A stretch of 64,000 nucleotides of DNA from Lama guanicoe (lineage: Eukaryota). The DNA is taken from contig MU053418.1 of the NCBI GenBank assembly GCA_013239625.1, positions 186,001-250,000 of the forward strand. Direction: 5' to 3'. Below are positions 38,113-50,500 of the stretch, piece by piece. The first letter of the stretch is position 1. Each line of letters begins with the position of its first letter. The notes beneath the pieces were generated by a model. It had not been told where the DNA came from and did not search any database. It saw only the letters and a program-made list of their open reading frames with translations. The position numbers were made by a program, and so were the translations under genes.

Positions 38113-39581
38113 CTGCTCCAACCAACTTATTGCCTATTTGAGGCAATAAGCCCTAGAGCAGGCGATGATTCTTCAGAAAGGACCAGACTATGGCATATGC
38201 TGCCCTACCATTCAGGCCATATATGACAGAGCCCATGTCTTTTGCTAAATAAAGACTACTGTGTGCAAACTCTGGGAGCCACAATAGGAGAGTCACAGTG
38301 AAAACCCCTAGGCTTTCTGTGGCTAGACAAAACATTTTGCAGTAAAGAGCACTTCCCTATTTGCAAAGGAGCTCTTGGAATGCCCCTGGCCCTCCTATAG
38401 ACAGTGTCTGATCAAGGCAAGTAACTATGCAAATAAAGATGCCATCAGATATATCCAGCCTTATAAGAAGCCTTGTAGATGGGGCAGCAATTTATTGTAT
38501 GATAGAAGTGTAAAATTTCCACAGAGCACAAGCGAATTACACACAGAGGTGGCCCAGACCTGTGTGTTACCTACCACTGTTGCCTCTCCCCTCGCTCACA
38601 TGGCCTTGTGGAAGTTTCCTGTGGCCAGCTGACAGAGGAGGATAAAAACTAGGCCTAGCTTATGACCGTATTAGCTCAAAATGATAGTGAAAGTTTAAAA
38701 ATGAACTGTTTGATGCACCACGATCCCCCTGAGGTATGTGCCTGCCTGTGGTGAGGGGACATCCTTTCAGTGTGCATATCTTTGAGCACTAAACCTTGTC
38801 ATCAACTTTAGTTACAGGAAACATGGTCTAAAGTATGAATACACATGAATTCCTTAGTGGGAGCAAATACCTTGCTGACTAGGAGTCCAGGAAAAGTGAG
38901 ATTAGAAAATTAGAGACAAGGTGATCTGGGTGACCTATAGGAGTGGACACAGGTACATGGCTCATTGTGTTTTGTGTCTACTGCCACCTGAAAAGAGACA
39001 CTAAACAACTAGCTCAATAGAATGATTCATCCAATAAGTATCAGCAAACCTGTGCCCTCAGCCTCCCCAGAGTTTGCACAATGAGCCTGTTAAAGGAATA
39101 GTAATGGTGGCAGAAGTGGAGGCTGTATGTGGGCCCAACAACATGCACTCCCTCTTCCAAAGCTGATTTAGTGACTACTGCTGCCAAATGTCTGACCTAG
39201 CTAACAGCAGAAACCCATCCTGGGTTCTCAGCATAGTACCATACTTCAAGGAGTCCAGTTAGCTAGTCAATTGGTAGCAAATTGGTTACATTGGACCCCT
39301 TCCATCCTGGAAGGAACAGCAGTTCATTTCACTTCGGGCTGATAAGTATTTGAGGCATCAACTTCTTCTTCCTCTACCAGTTCCTCTACCAGTACCCCTA
39401 TTGAAGAACTGGCTCACAAAACATCTGATACACTGACCTGGGACCCCACTTACATTTTCTTAAACCAATGAACACATTTCAAGGTGAAGGAGGTACATCA
39501 ATGGGCATATGACTATATCACTTGGAAGATGGTTTCATAACAGAAGATTGGAATGATCTCTTCGAACCTTAGCTAAGTCAC

Positions 39582-39915
39582 TGCTATGGACAAAAAGTAT
39601 CCATCCCAAATTTACATGTTGAAACCCTAATCCCCAGTGTTATGATATTTGGAGATGGGATCTTTGGGAGGTAATTATGCACTGAGGGTGGAGGGCTCAT
39701 GATAGAAGAGACACAAGAGACCTTACTCTCTCTTTTTGCTGTCCACCATGTGAAAATACAATGAGAAGACAAACCAAGAGCTGGGACAGATGCCACACAC
39801 CAGATCCGCCAGCATCTTGATCTTAGACTTCCCAGCCTCCAGAACTGTGAGAAATAAATTGTTGTTTAAGCCACCAAGTCCATGGTAATTTGTTAGAGCA
39901 GCCCCCACTAAGACG
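39582..39915 (+). mobile_element. MLT1A-type solo LTR
   Basis: TGCTATGGAC...GTTGAAACCCTAATCCCCAGTGT...GACTTCCCAGCCTCCAGAACTGTGAGAAATAAA; perfect 5-bp TSD GTCAC (39577-39581, 39916-39920). Confidence 0.9.
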
Positions 39916-40129
39916 GTCACCAGCTGGAAGTGATATCCTATAAAATTTGAGTGCTCTCCTTTACCCCATATACGTTTGTCCCATGGCTGTTACATTGTGC
40001 TTTGTGCCTAGTAGCCAGAATGGATCTAAGAACCAAGAGATGGAAGTAGGATTGGCCCCTTTTCATTTCAAATAAAGAAGAGGAAGTAGGGAAAGTGAGA
40101 AGTGGAAGGACTGCAATCCAAAAAGGCTG

Positions 40130-42780
40130 ACATATTATTTTCCAGTGTGGACAACTGGAATGCAGTCCTATAGGGGGCCCTCCAAGGAGCAATGCAGGAT
40201 GAATCTCAGAACTGTACTTCAAAAGGAAAGGAATCTGGGAATTTGTCCACTAACTCCTATCCCTTAATGGCAGAGCACTGCATTGCAACATTATCACACG
40301 CTTCTGGGCTGTCCCTGCACATCTATTGAATGAGCTTCCATGGCCCCGGAAAAAACTCCAGGCAGGAATTCATAAAGTTGCAGTGAAAACCTGGAGTGAC
40401 AGAGACAACATGCATGGGAACTGTTCTCCACATCTGAAGCTGAAGAAATGTGGGCTGATGGGCTATGACATGAGGCAAAAATTGGATCTGTTGCAATCCA
40501 AGCTTTGCATGTCTAAAATCTGCTCATGCTCCATGTTAGTTCCTCTCTGTCACCAACTCTTACTGATGGCCAACTGCACCACTCATAATAATTAGTGTTA
40601 GTGAAACAAGCTACAGTTCCCATGGACGCAATTCTAGACCCATGGCCTTCATTTATATATTTTCTCTTCCTTATACAAACTATCTTACATTCTGATCAAC
40701 CTTGTTCAATATATCAACTGTTCCAGCTTGCTTGCTTGGTGTGATGACCCAGAATTTCATTCCTGAGAGGCCGAAGCATGGTATTACACTGAGGACTCAG
40801 TGACTGTATAAGTTGCTGTCAGATCAGACATTCAGCAGTGGCAATAGTTAGCCTATCCTTTATAAGAGGGAGCCATATTTCTGGGCCCATCTACAGCCTG
40901 CATCCTATTACCACTGACAACCCTATTCATGACCCATTTCAGAAGCACCAGAGTGGCCAAGGACAGAGCCAGGCTGACATCCACTAGATGAGTTGTCTTG
41001 CTTATCTGGTTATTCAGTGCCTGGCTGTGAAAGATGCTCTTGCAAGTATCAATTAGAGGAATGAACTTTCACACACTTTATGTTCATACCCATAAGTCTT
41101 TCAATATGCCATTTCCTCAAACACTCTTCTCTTTGATCTTCCAGTCTTGCTCTTTTGGGCATCTGATAAACACGGCAAGACATCTGCTACGGCCCCAGAG
41201 TCCATGAATTACTTCAGATTACTTCTTCCATACAAAGCTGACAACCAAGTAGGAATATAGAAACTCTGTGCACTGGAATAATTTTTCACCAGTACTGTTC
41301 TTTAAGGCTATCCTTAAGTGGGCCTATATGTCAACCCATCCATGACTAGGACCAGCTTTAGGGAACCCTCCATGGGGCCACAGGTATAAATTGAAGAAAA
41401 ATACAGTGGTAGGTGACGTGAAGGTATGAGCCATCTATTTTGGAAATGTACCATGCTCAGGCCTGATCTTGAGTGTACAATTATTTCATACAGTGGATGA
41501 CAATCAATGTGACAACACTCAGCTTCTAAATGGACAGCTCCAGTCTAACAATTATTTGCTATCTACTGGTAAGATGCTCCATCTCATCTAGGGCCTAGCA
41601 GCCCTCTGGGAACTGGTATTTAAATATCAAGAAGTCTTCTGACACAGAAGGTATCTTTCCACAAAGTCCTAGGGATATAAGCTCCAATCCTCCAGTTAAC
41701 AAAGAAATCAACAAAGTATGGTTACCTACCATAGACAACTCCAGGACTGTTTAATCTGCCAGGTTATGTGGCCTGAGTGTCAGGAGAGCTTACACTGCAC
41801 TCTCTACCTGCCACAGGGTCCATCTACCTTGCGAGCTCTACTCAAAACTATCAGAATAAATGTGTCAGAACAGTTTTCCCAAGTGCAATACATTTTGCTT
41901 CTTAATTCTCAGGAAGTCCACCAACTGCTGTACCTTGTAGGTGGTTAAGAAATCCAATAATGTTTTCATTTAAAGTTATGTCTGACCTTGCCCAGATCAT
42001 TAGCCTTCTAAAAAGAATTTAGTGATGTGGCAAGGGTTGAAAATTTCATAAGATTTGTATCTCATCCTTTGACGTGTATGTGTCTAACTGAGGCATCTAA
42101 ACTATTTCCTTCTTCCTGCTCACCAGTTCTGATTAGCGTGATGACATAAAGATGGTGGACTAGCTTATTAGTCTACAGAATGTAAGGATGATCAAGATTC
42201 CAGCAGACTATACTGTGACAGAGTATGTATCTATAGCTCTGGAGCAAGACAGTAAAGGTGTACTGTTACTCACCCCATGTACAGTCAGAATGCTCTTTGT
42301 GATTCTTTTACTAATGAGGCTTAAAAGACATATTTTCCAGATTTACAAACTAGAGACTATGTTTATTCTAGTAGAAATATGACACCCAGAGAATTTCTTA
42401 AAATGGGTAATTTTGGTTAAGTTTATGGCAGTACACCATCATCTGCTACAATTTATTTTTTTTTGCAGAGGTCAAACAGTAAAATGAATTATAATATAAT
42501 GAGGACTACTAATCCTGAATCTGTTACGTTTTCAAGAGTTCTACCAATCTTGGCCAGGGAACAGCCCCAGAGGCTTCTACTTGACTCTTCTTACCATAAT
42601 GACTCTTATTCCCAGGATATAGTACCAATATGAGAGTTCTTCCAACCATATTCATCTCAAGAATACATACAGGAATTGGGGAAATGAGTAATAAAGTGGA
42701 TCTGTGAATCCACTGAACTAACTGTGAAAATGATCTGTAACAGGACTCCATGTATCATCTAGTCTTCATAAGACTCTCCA
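40130..42780 (-). mobile_element. Second decayed ERVL/MaLR element (LTR-like 40130-40500 plus internal pol remnants), opposite orientation
   Basis: Minus-strand peptide STLLLISPIPVCILEMNMV (ORF 42524..42751) resembles ERVL HPVVISPVPECIIGIDIL; further RT/RNaseH-like decayed sequence lies at lower coordinates. Confidence 0.6.
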
Positions 42781-42783
42781 CTG

Positions 42784-43605
42784 ATGCTGCTGTCCAGTTT
42801 TCCCAGTACCATCTGCTGAAGAGTGTGTCTTTACTCCGTTGTGTGTTCTTGCCTCCTCTGTCAAAGATTAATTGACCAAAAGTTTGTGGGTTCATTTCTG
42901 GACCCTCTATTCTGTTCCATGGATCCATATGTCTGTTTTTGTACCAATACCATGCTGTTTTAATTACTGTAGCTCTGAAGTATTGTCTGAAGTCTGGGAG
43001 AGTTTTCCTCCAGCCTCATTCTTTTCTTCCGTAATGCTTTGACAATTCTGGGTCTTTTGTGATTCCATATAAATTTTAATCTGATTTGTTCTAGTTCTGT
43101 GAAATATGTCAACAATCCCTTTTAAAACTATTCAAGAAAATTAAATACTTAGGAATAAAACTGATCAAGGAGGTGAAAGACTTATATGCAGAAAACTACA
43201 AAACATTGACCAACAGAAATTAAAGATGACTTAAAGAAATAGAAAGATATCTCACATTCTTGGATTAGAAGAATTAATACAGTTTAAATGGTCATATTAC
43301 CCAAAGCAATCTACAGATTTAATGCAATCCCTATCAAAGTACCCATGACATTTTTCACAGAACTAGAACAAATAATCCTAGAACTACAACAAATTAATCT
43401 TTGACAAAGGAGGCAAGAACATACAATGGAGTAAAAACAGTCTCTTCAGCGAATGGTGTTGGGAAAACTGGACAGCAGCATGTAAGTCAATGAAGTTAGA
43501 ACACTCCCTCACAAAATACACAACGATAAACTCAAAATGGCTTAAAGACTTAAACATAAGAATAAACTTTTTAGAAGAAAACATAGGCAAAATGTTACCT
43601 GACAC
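42784..43605. mobile_element. Back-to-back L1 ORF2 fragments (antisense 42784-43110; sense 43111-43605)
   Basis: Both carry FTELEQ and LIFDKGGKN...WENWTAA coding sequence. No 3'UTR or poly(A) seen. Confidence 0.85.
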
Positions 43606-43619
43606 TGCAGCCATTTGTT

Positions 43620-45530
43620 TCATTTAGAAACAAGCTATAATCACCAAGAATACCTGTGCTAGTATTAAGTTGAACAAACTGTTATCTGTTAGATCAATTA
43701 AGAATAAAAAACATGAAAGATGTTGTTTGGCCTTTATTCTTTCTAAAACAATTTTCCTTTGCTTATATAGATCCAACTTTCTGACTTAAAACATTTTCCT
43801 TCTTTCTGAGGAATCCTATTAACATGCTTTGCAAGGTTTATGGGTGACAAACTCCTTTGATTTTGTTTACTTGAAAAAGTATTTTTCCTTCACTTTTGAA
43901 GGGCAATTTCACTGTATACAGAAATCTAGATTGATGAGTTTTATTCCCCAAACTTTTAAATAGTTCGCTCCACTCTCCTCTTACTTGCATGGTTTTTGAA
44001 GAGAAGCAATGTAATTTTTATCTTTACTCCTCTATAGGTAAGGTATATTTTTCCTCTGACTTTGTTCAGGATTTTCTCTTTATCTTTGATTTTTCTGTAG
44101 TTTGTATATGAGGTACCTATATGTAGATTTTTTTTTTTTTGGTATTTCTTTTTTGTTTTCTCTGAGCTCCCTGGATCTGTGGCTTTGTTTGTCATTAATT
44201 TTGAAAAAAATTCTCAGCCAGTATTACTTGAAATATTTCTTCTGCTCCTTTCTTTCATTCTCCTGATAGTCCCATTAAAGTGTGTTACACATTTTGTAAT
44301 TGTTCCATAGTTCTTGGATATATTTTTCCTTTTTCCTTTTCATTCTTTTTTCTAATTTTCAGCTTGGCAACTTCCTATGAAAATCTTCAGACTCACAGAT
44401 TCTTTCCTCAGCTGTGTTTAGTCTACTGTCTTCATTCCTATTTGAATGTTTTTGATTTCTAGCATTTCCCTATAGTTTTCATTCCTCTGTTTACACTAAC
44501 CATCTGTTCTTAACATGCTGTCCACTTTTTTCCAGCAGAGCTTTTAGTATATTCATTGTAATTATTTTAAATTCCTGATCTGATAATTCCAAAAACTCTT
44601 CCATATCTGAGTCAGGTTCTGATGCACACTTTGCCTTTTGAGCCTTTTTTCTTTCTTTCTTTTTAGCATGCTTTGCATTGTTTTTTAATTAAAAGCCAGA
44701 AATGATATATTGGGTGAACAGAACTGATGTAACAAACCTTTAGTGTGAGGTTTGATTTTATGTGGCTAGGAAGGGAGGCTGTATTTACTGTTTATTGTAG
44801 TTGTGCATCAGAGGCTAAAATTTTCTTTAGTGTTCTTGTTTTGTCTCCCCTCTCTGTTGTCCTTGTGTTTTCTCAGAGATGCCTTTTTAAAAAGGTCTAA
44901 TGCTTGTAGTTCTTTTAGCTATAACGTCTCATTATCACACAGGAGGCCAACTGGTACAGTGATAAGGTATGAGAGGAAGGAAGCATTCTGTAGCTTTCCA
45001 TCATTCAGTCTCAGTCTTTTAGTGAGCCTGTGTCCCTGTGGAGTCACCTTAACAAGTGTGTCTCAGTTTTTGTCCCCGCCCCACCTTAGATGAAATGGGA
45101 AGGCTCCAGAAGTCTGAAGTATTTTCCCTCTCCCAGTAGTTAGGCTCTGGTGTAACAGTTTCTCTTGAGGTCAGGCCTGGTACAGGAGGAAAGAGCATGC
45201 CCTTGTTAAGAGCATATTTCACAATGGTTACTTTTCCCTTCTCCCTGCCAGAAGCAAGGGGATTTTTCTATAATCATCACAATGAGAATCTGGTCAGGTT
45301 CCTGGAGGAAAAAACTCATCAAAAATTGGGCCCCCTTTGGAATATTTAACTCTCAGCTTATCCTACAGTGAGCCTTCAACAATTCAATTACAGGAGTGTT
45401 CCTGTCAGCACTGGCTCCAGCTGTGGGCGTCTCCTCCTGGGTGCCTATCCTGTGACTTCTATACTTTGATCTAAAAAGAGTTGTTAATTTTTCAGTTTTT
45501 TCAGCTTTTTTGTTGTTGTGAAGATGAGCC
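43620..45530 (-). mobile_element. Old L1M ORF1/5' region, antisense
   Basis: ORF1-like KIKDKEKILNKVRGKIYLTYRGVKIKIT (ORF 43956..44195). Confidence 0.75.
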
Positions 45531-45569
45531 TTCAAGCTCATCTTCTAAGCCTGTTTCATTTTGGACTAT

Positions 45570-45966
45570 TGTCTTAGTCATTTCAGGTTGGCACAAAAAA
45601 GTACTGTATATGGGGTATCATATACTGGGTAGCTTACACACAACAGAAATTTGTCTCTCCACTGTTCTGGAAGCTGGAAATTTGAGATCAGGGTGCCAGC
45701 ACGGAGTTCTGGTGAGAGCCCTCTTCTGGGTTACAAACTGCTGACTTGTCATTGTATCCTCTTGCAGCAGAGAGCAGAGAAGAGGAAGGAAGCTCTCTGG
45801 TGACTCTAAAAAGGGTACTAATCCCATCCAAGGGGGCTCCACCCTCATGACCTCGTCTAATCCTAATTAATTCCCAAAGACCCCATATGCTAGTACCATC
45901 ATATTTAGGGTAGGGTTTCAACAAATGAATTTGGGGTAGGGGGGCACAAGCATTCAGTTCATAAGA
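45570..45966 (-). mobile_element. MLT1A0-type solo LTR
   Basis: TGTCTTAGTC start, GTTCTGGAAGCTGGAAA, GGGTACTAATCCCATCCA.GGGGGCTCCACCCTCATGACCTC, CATTCAGTTCATA end. Confidence 0.85.
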
Positions 45967-47064
45967 ACCAGACATCAAAAATCACCTCCTGTCTAGAGTT
46001 TATAATGTACATGTGACAACTATAGCAAAAAGAACAATGCCAGGGAGGTGGAGATGGACTTCTATGCTTGCAAGATTTCTACATTTTACGTGAAATGGTA
46101 TGTCATTAACTCTAAATAGATGGTGAAAAGTTGAAGATGTATGTTATCATTGCCAAAGGAACTATTATATACATAATGCAAAGAGATAGAGCTAAAAAGC
46201 TAATAGAGAAATTAAAATGGAATTTTAAAATATTCAAATTCAACAGGAAAAAGGCAAGAAATCAGGGGGAAAGAGGGGTCAAGTAGAAACAAAACGTAGG
46301 ACTAAATCCATCATATCAGTAACTACATTAAATGCTAACAGAGGCAATGAGGAGATGTAGGTTATATTTTGAGAAGAACAATCGTCATCCTGAAAGGCAC
46401 TTGCCTCATGTTAGGTATTTGCACAGTCTCTAGGAAGTGGCAGAGTGTCCCAGTCTCTCAAAGAGAAACAGCTTCTGCTAGCCCGAAGGGTTTAACAGAG
46501 GCTCTGGATTCAAAAGACTCAAGTGTATTGCTGCAAATTTCCCACTCTAGGTCTCAATTTTCCATTCCTTTATGAGACTCCTGAATTTTGCACAAGAAAT
46601 CTGTAAATCCTGTACTGTTGTAATTATCTTTGCAATACTGCTTATTCCGCAGTTAAAAATTGTGCATGATTTACCGGACTTGGTAATCTCAGGATAAAAG
46701 ATCTTTTGAATGCTTTTACAGAGGCCTACTATCCTTCACTGTGTGTTCTGTGTTTATAGTTAGCTAACTTGAACCTATCTTCAAGGCTTCTAAGGCAGAA
46801 AGGCCAGCAACTCCACAGCTCATAAACATACCATCGTCCCATCCCGTTCAAGAGATAGAGCTTGCAGAAGGCAAGTCTACCCTTCCTCATCCCAATAGAC
46901 TACATACGAGAATTGCTTTAAATGTGATACTACAGTGTAACAAGGATCATCCTCATACCACTTACCATGAGCAATGTGGCCTTCATTGCTCTCTGATTAA
47001 TAAATGATCTAGTTCTAAAAACTGAAATTCTTACTTCTAGGGTCACTTTTGGCACCAATAGTAC

Positions 47065-47290
47065 TACTTTGGGTTCCCACAGAATCAGAGACTGAGGCAA
47101 GGAATTAGCTGAAGGCAGTTTATTTTGGAGCTCATCTTGGGAAAACAGAGGGAATGGAGAGAATCTGACAGCAAAGGAGGGGAAGTATTACTAATTAAGT
47201 GCCACTGGGGACAACAGTGTTTAATACCTCTAAGGTATTTAATATCTCTCAGAATAACTCTAAAGGATGCACCTCAGAATAGATCTTGAG
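47065..47290 (-). mobile_element. Old MLT1 (J/K-like) LTR fragment
   Basis: GGGTTCCCACAGAATCAGAGACTGAGGCAAGGA...GCAGTTTATTTTGGAG. Confidence 0.5.
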
Positions 47291-47408
47291 AGCTAACCTT
47301 TGCAAAATTAACACTGAGTATATTTTTTGTACCATTTTCTTAGTGTTTGCTCATATGTATCTGTGGGTAGCAGTTTCATTACTTCAAATGAAGTGTAGAG
47401 AATTATGG

Positions 47409-47558
47409 CAGACCCTCTGTATCCATAGGTTTTGTATCAGCAGATTCAACCAATATTCATTGCATTAGGCTATTTTATATAAGGGATTTGAGCATCCAGA
47501 GTGTGGTATCTGTGAGGGCTCCTGGAACCAATCCCTTTGACACTAATGGACAACTGTA
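47409..47558 (-). mobile_element. MER2-like Tigger MITE
   Basis: AAGGGATTTGAGCATCC...CCTGGAACCAATCCC...GGACAACTGTA, ending in the Tigger terminus plus TA. Confidence 0.75.
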
Positions 47559-47599
47559 TTGTGTATGTTCTTTGCAGGCTCCACTTTTGAAATATAATT

Positions 47600-50500
47600 G
47601 TCCTCAGAATTTTCACTCTCTATATTGAGCACCACATTAGATGTCTTTTTTGCTTTGAATATGAAACATGATTTAAGAAACATATGAGGATAGTCTGTTA
47701 TACTTATTCAAACTTTTACCCATTTCCATGTTTCTTTCTGAATGTCCTTCTGTTATCATTTCCTTGAATAACCTCCTTTAGCCATTGTTTGAAGGTAGGT
47801 CACCTTGCAACAAATTGTTTTCCTTTATCAGAGAAAATATTTCTCCGTCATTCCCAAAGCATCTTTTCAATAGATATAGAATTTGCAGTTGACAATTATG
47901 TACTTTAATCAGTTGAACAATTTTTTTTTGCCACATACTTTTAGCCTCCAAAGTTTCAGGTGAAAAATCTCTTGTCATTTGCATTGGTACTTTCTATAGA
48001 TAATAGTTTTTCTCTACCTTCTTTTGATAGCTTTTTTTTCCTCATTAGTTTTTATAAGGTTGGTAAGGATGTGCCTTTCCATGGATTTCTATTCACTTAT
48101 CCTTTTATGGTTTACTACTTAATGAATTTGTAGATTTCTGTTTTCTGCCAGATTTGAGAAATTTTCAATTACTTCTTCAAATATTTTTTCAAGTCTATAT
48201 TCCTCTTCATATGGGACTCCAATTATACAAATGATAAATCTTTTGTTTTTGTCCCACAGGCCTTGGCATCACTCTATCCAGTCTATTTTCTCTGTGTTGT
48301 TCTGACTGGATTTTTTTTAAAATTATAGTAAAACACACATATCATAAAATTTACCATTTTAACCATTTTTAACTGTACAAGTCAGTGGCTTTAAGTACAA
48401 TCACAGTGTTGTGCAACCATCACAAATATTAATTTTCAGAACTTTTCATCATCCCCAAACATAAACCCTTTAACTCCTAATTCCCTCATGCCTCCATCTT
48501 CTGGGAACTTTTATTCTATTTTCTGTCTATGAATTTGCCTATTTTAGGTACTTTTATATACGTAGTATCATACAATATCTGCCCTTTTGTGTCTGGTTTA
48601 TTTCACTTAGCTTAATGTTTTCAAGATTTATCCATACTGTAGCATGTGTCAGAATGTTGTTCCTTGAAGTCTGAATATCCTGTTGTATGTATATACCCCA
48701 TTTTGTTTATGTTTATCTGTCAATGGGTTGTATCCATTTGGCTGTTGTCAATGCTGTTGCTATGATCAGTGATGTGCAAGTGTCTGAGTCCCTGCTTTCA
48801 ATTCTCTTGGGTATACCTAGAAATGAAATAGATGAACACTATGGTACTAATCATTTAATTTTTTGAGGAAATGTAGTATTGGTTTCCAAAACAGCTGCAT
48901 TATTTTACATTCCAATCAGCAATGCACCAGCATTCCAATTTCTCTACATTGTCCCCAAAACTTACTATTTTCACAGTTCTTTTTTTTTTCAAATAGTCTT
49001 TTTTTTTTTTCATCTAAACTGGTAGACTTCACCAGTGAAGCCATCTGATCTTGGGGTTTTCTTTGTTGGGAGGCTTTTAATTACTGACTCAATCTCCTTA
49101 GTAGTTATAGATTTATTCAGATTCTCTATTTCTTCTTGAGTCAGTTTTGGTTATTGTGTGTGTCCATTGATTTCCCCATTTACCTAGACTGCTGGCATGC
49201 AACTACTCATAATATTCTCTATGAGCAACAAAAATACGGGCAAGAACTGTCAGAATCAACTTTATGAAATCTGGAATTTAATCAAAGCCTTGCAAGTGAC
49301 TCAGTGAGGGTGAATTCAAGGAAAATGGCTGATTTGGGTAAGAACAGTGAAACTTTAGGACATTCTAACTTGCCCTCATCCCAGTCCCCATTCTCCAACT
49401 CAGGAACAATGTCAAAATGACAGCTCACATTTCCAATATTAGAAGAATCACAAGAGACCTCATTCACAAATAAATTACAGTTTATTTGTCTAACCTGTCT
49501 GAAAGCAGACCTCAAAAGCCTTATTTATTTCAGCTAATTCAAAACTGGTCCAGTGCTAAAGCTGCTTCCTGGGGGGACATCTGTCAAAAATACTTACAGA
49601 CTGATGCTGCCTAAGGTGATTGATGGCATTTGGAATGAAGCTACATAAAGGCCTTTTGTGTCCAGTTTCTTTCACCTTCAAAGTTTACCCTTGTTGTTGC
49701 ATGTAAGAATACGTCATCCTTTTTAATGGCTGAATAATATTCCATTGTATGGTTACCATATTTTGTTTATCCATCCATCAGTTCGTGGACATTTGGGTTG
49801 TTTCTATGTTTTGACTACTATGAATAATGTTGTGATGAACATACGTATTACACATAACATTTGCTTATAACTAGAGGTGGAATTGCTAGGAACTGCCAAA
49901 CTTTTCCACAGCACCTGCACCATTTTACTTTCCCATCAGCAATGTATGAGGGCTACATATTAAAATATCAACTCAGTTAACAATAATGTGTCAATACTGA
50001 CTAATTGTAACAAATGTACTACATTAATATAAAATATTAATAATGGGAAATAACTGTGGGGTATACAGGAACAGAAAAGACTTTAAAAATAAAATAAAAT
50101 GAAGGCTCAGTGTCTATGACACAATACTTACTACTCTAAAATGTGTGTAACTAAAGTCTTAGAAGAAGAGAAAAGAGAAACAGGAAAATATTTTTTAAAT
50201 AATAGGCAAATGAATTCCAATATTAATGAAAACTACAAGCCAAGATGTTCAAAGAAATCTAAGCATGATAAATGCAAAGAAAGAAAACCACACCAAGGCA
50301 CATCATAATCAATTTCCTGAAAAAGTTATGAGCAAAAGAAGTTTAAAGGAGCCTAAGAAAAAAATACACAACATGTACAGAGGAACAAAGATAAAAATTT
50401 GCTCAGACCTCTTATCACAAACTATCCGAGCCAAAAGACAACGAAATGACATATCTCCAGTCTTGGAAGAAAACAAACTACCACCATACCATTCTACATC

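Larger units (their letters stand above)
37100..40060 (+). mobile_element. Decayed ERVL/MaLR internal sequence (gag-pol remnants)
   Basis: GQQYTFVVLHHGY (~37400, cf. ERVL RT YTFTVLPQGY), GPTTSVK...DISSKARNKSL (~37625-37710) and integrase-like sequence ~39050-39560. Interrupted by two MLT1A-type LTRs. Confidence 0.75.
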
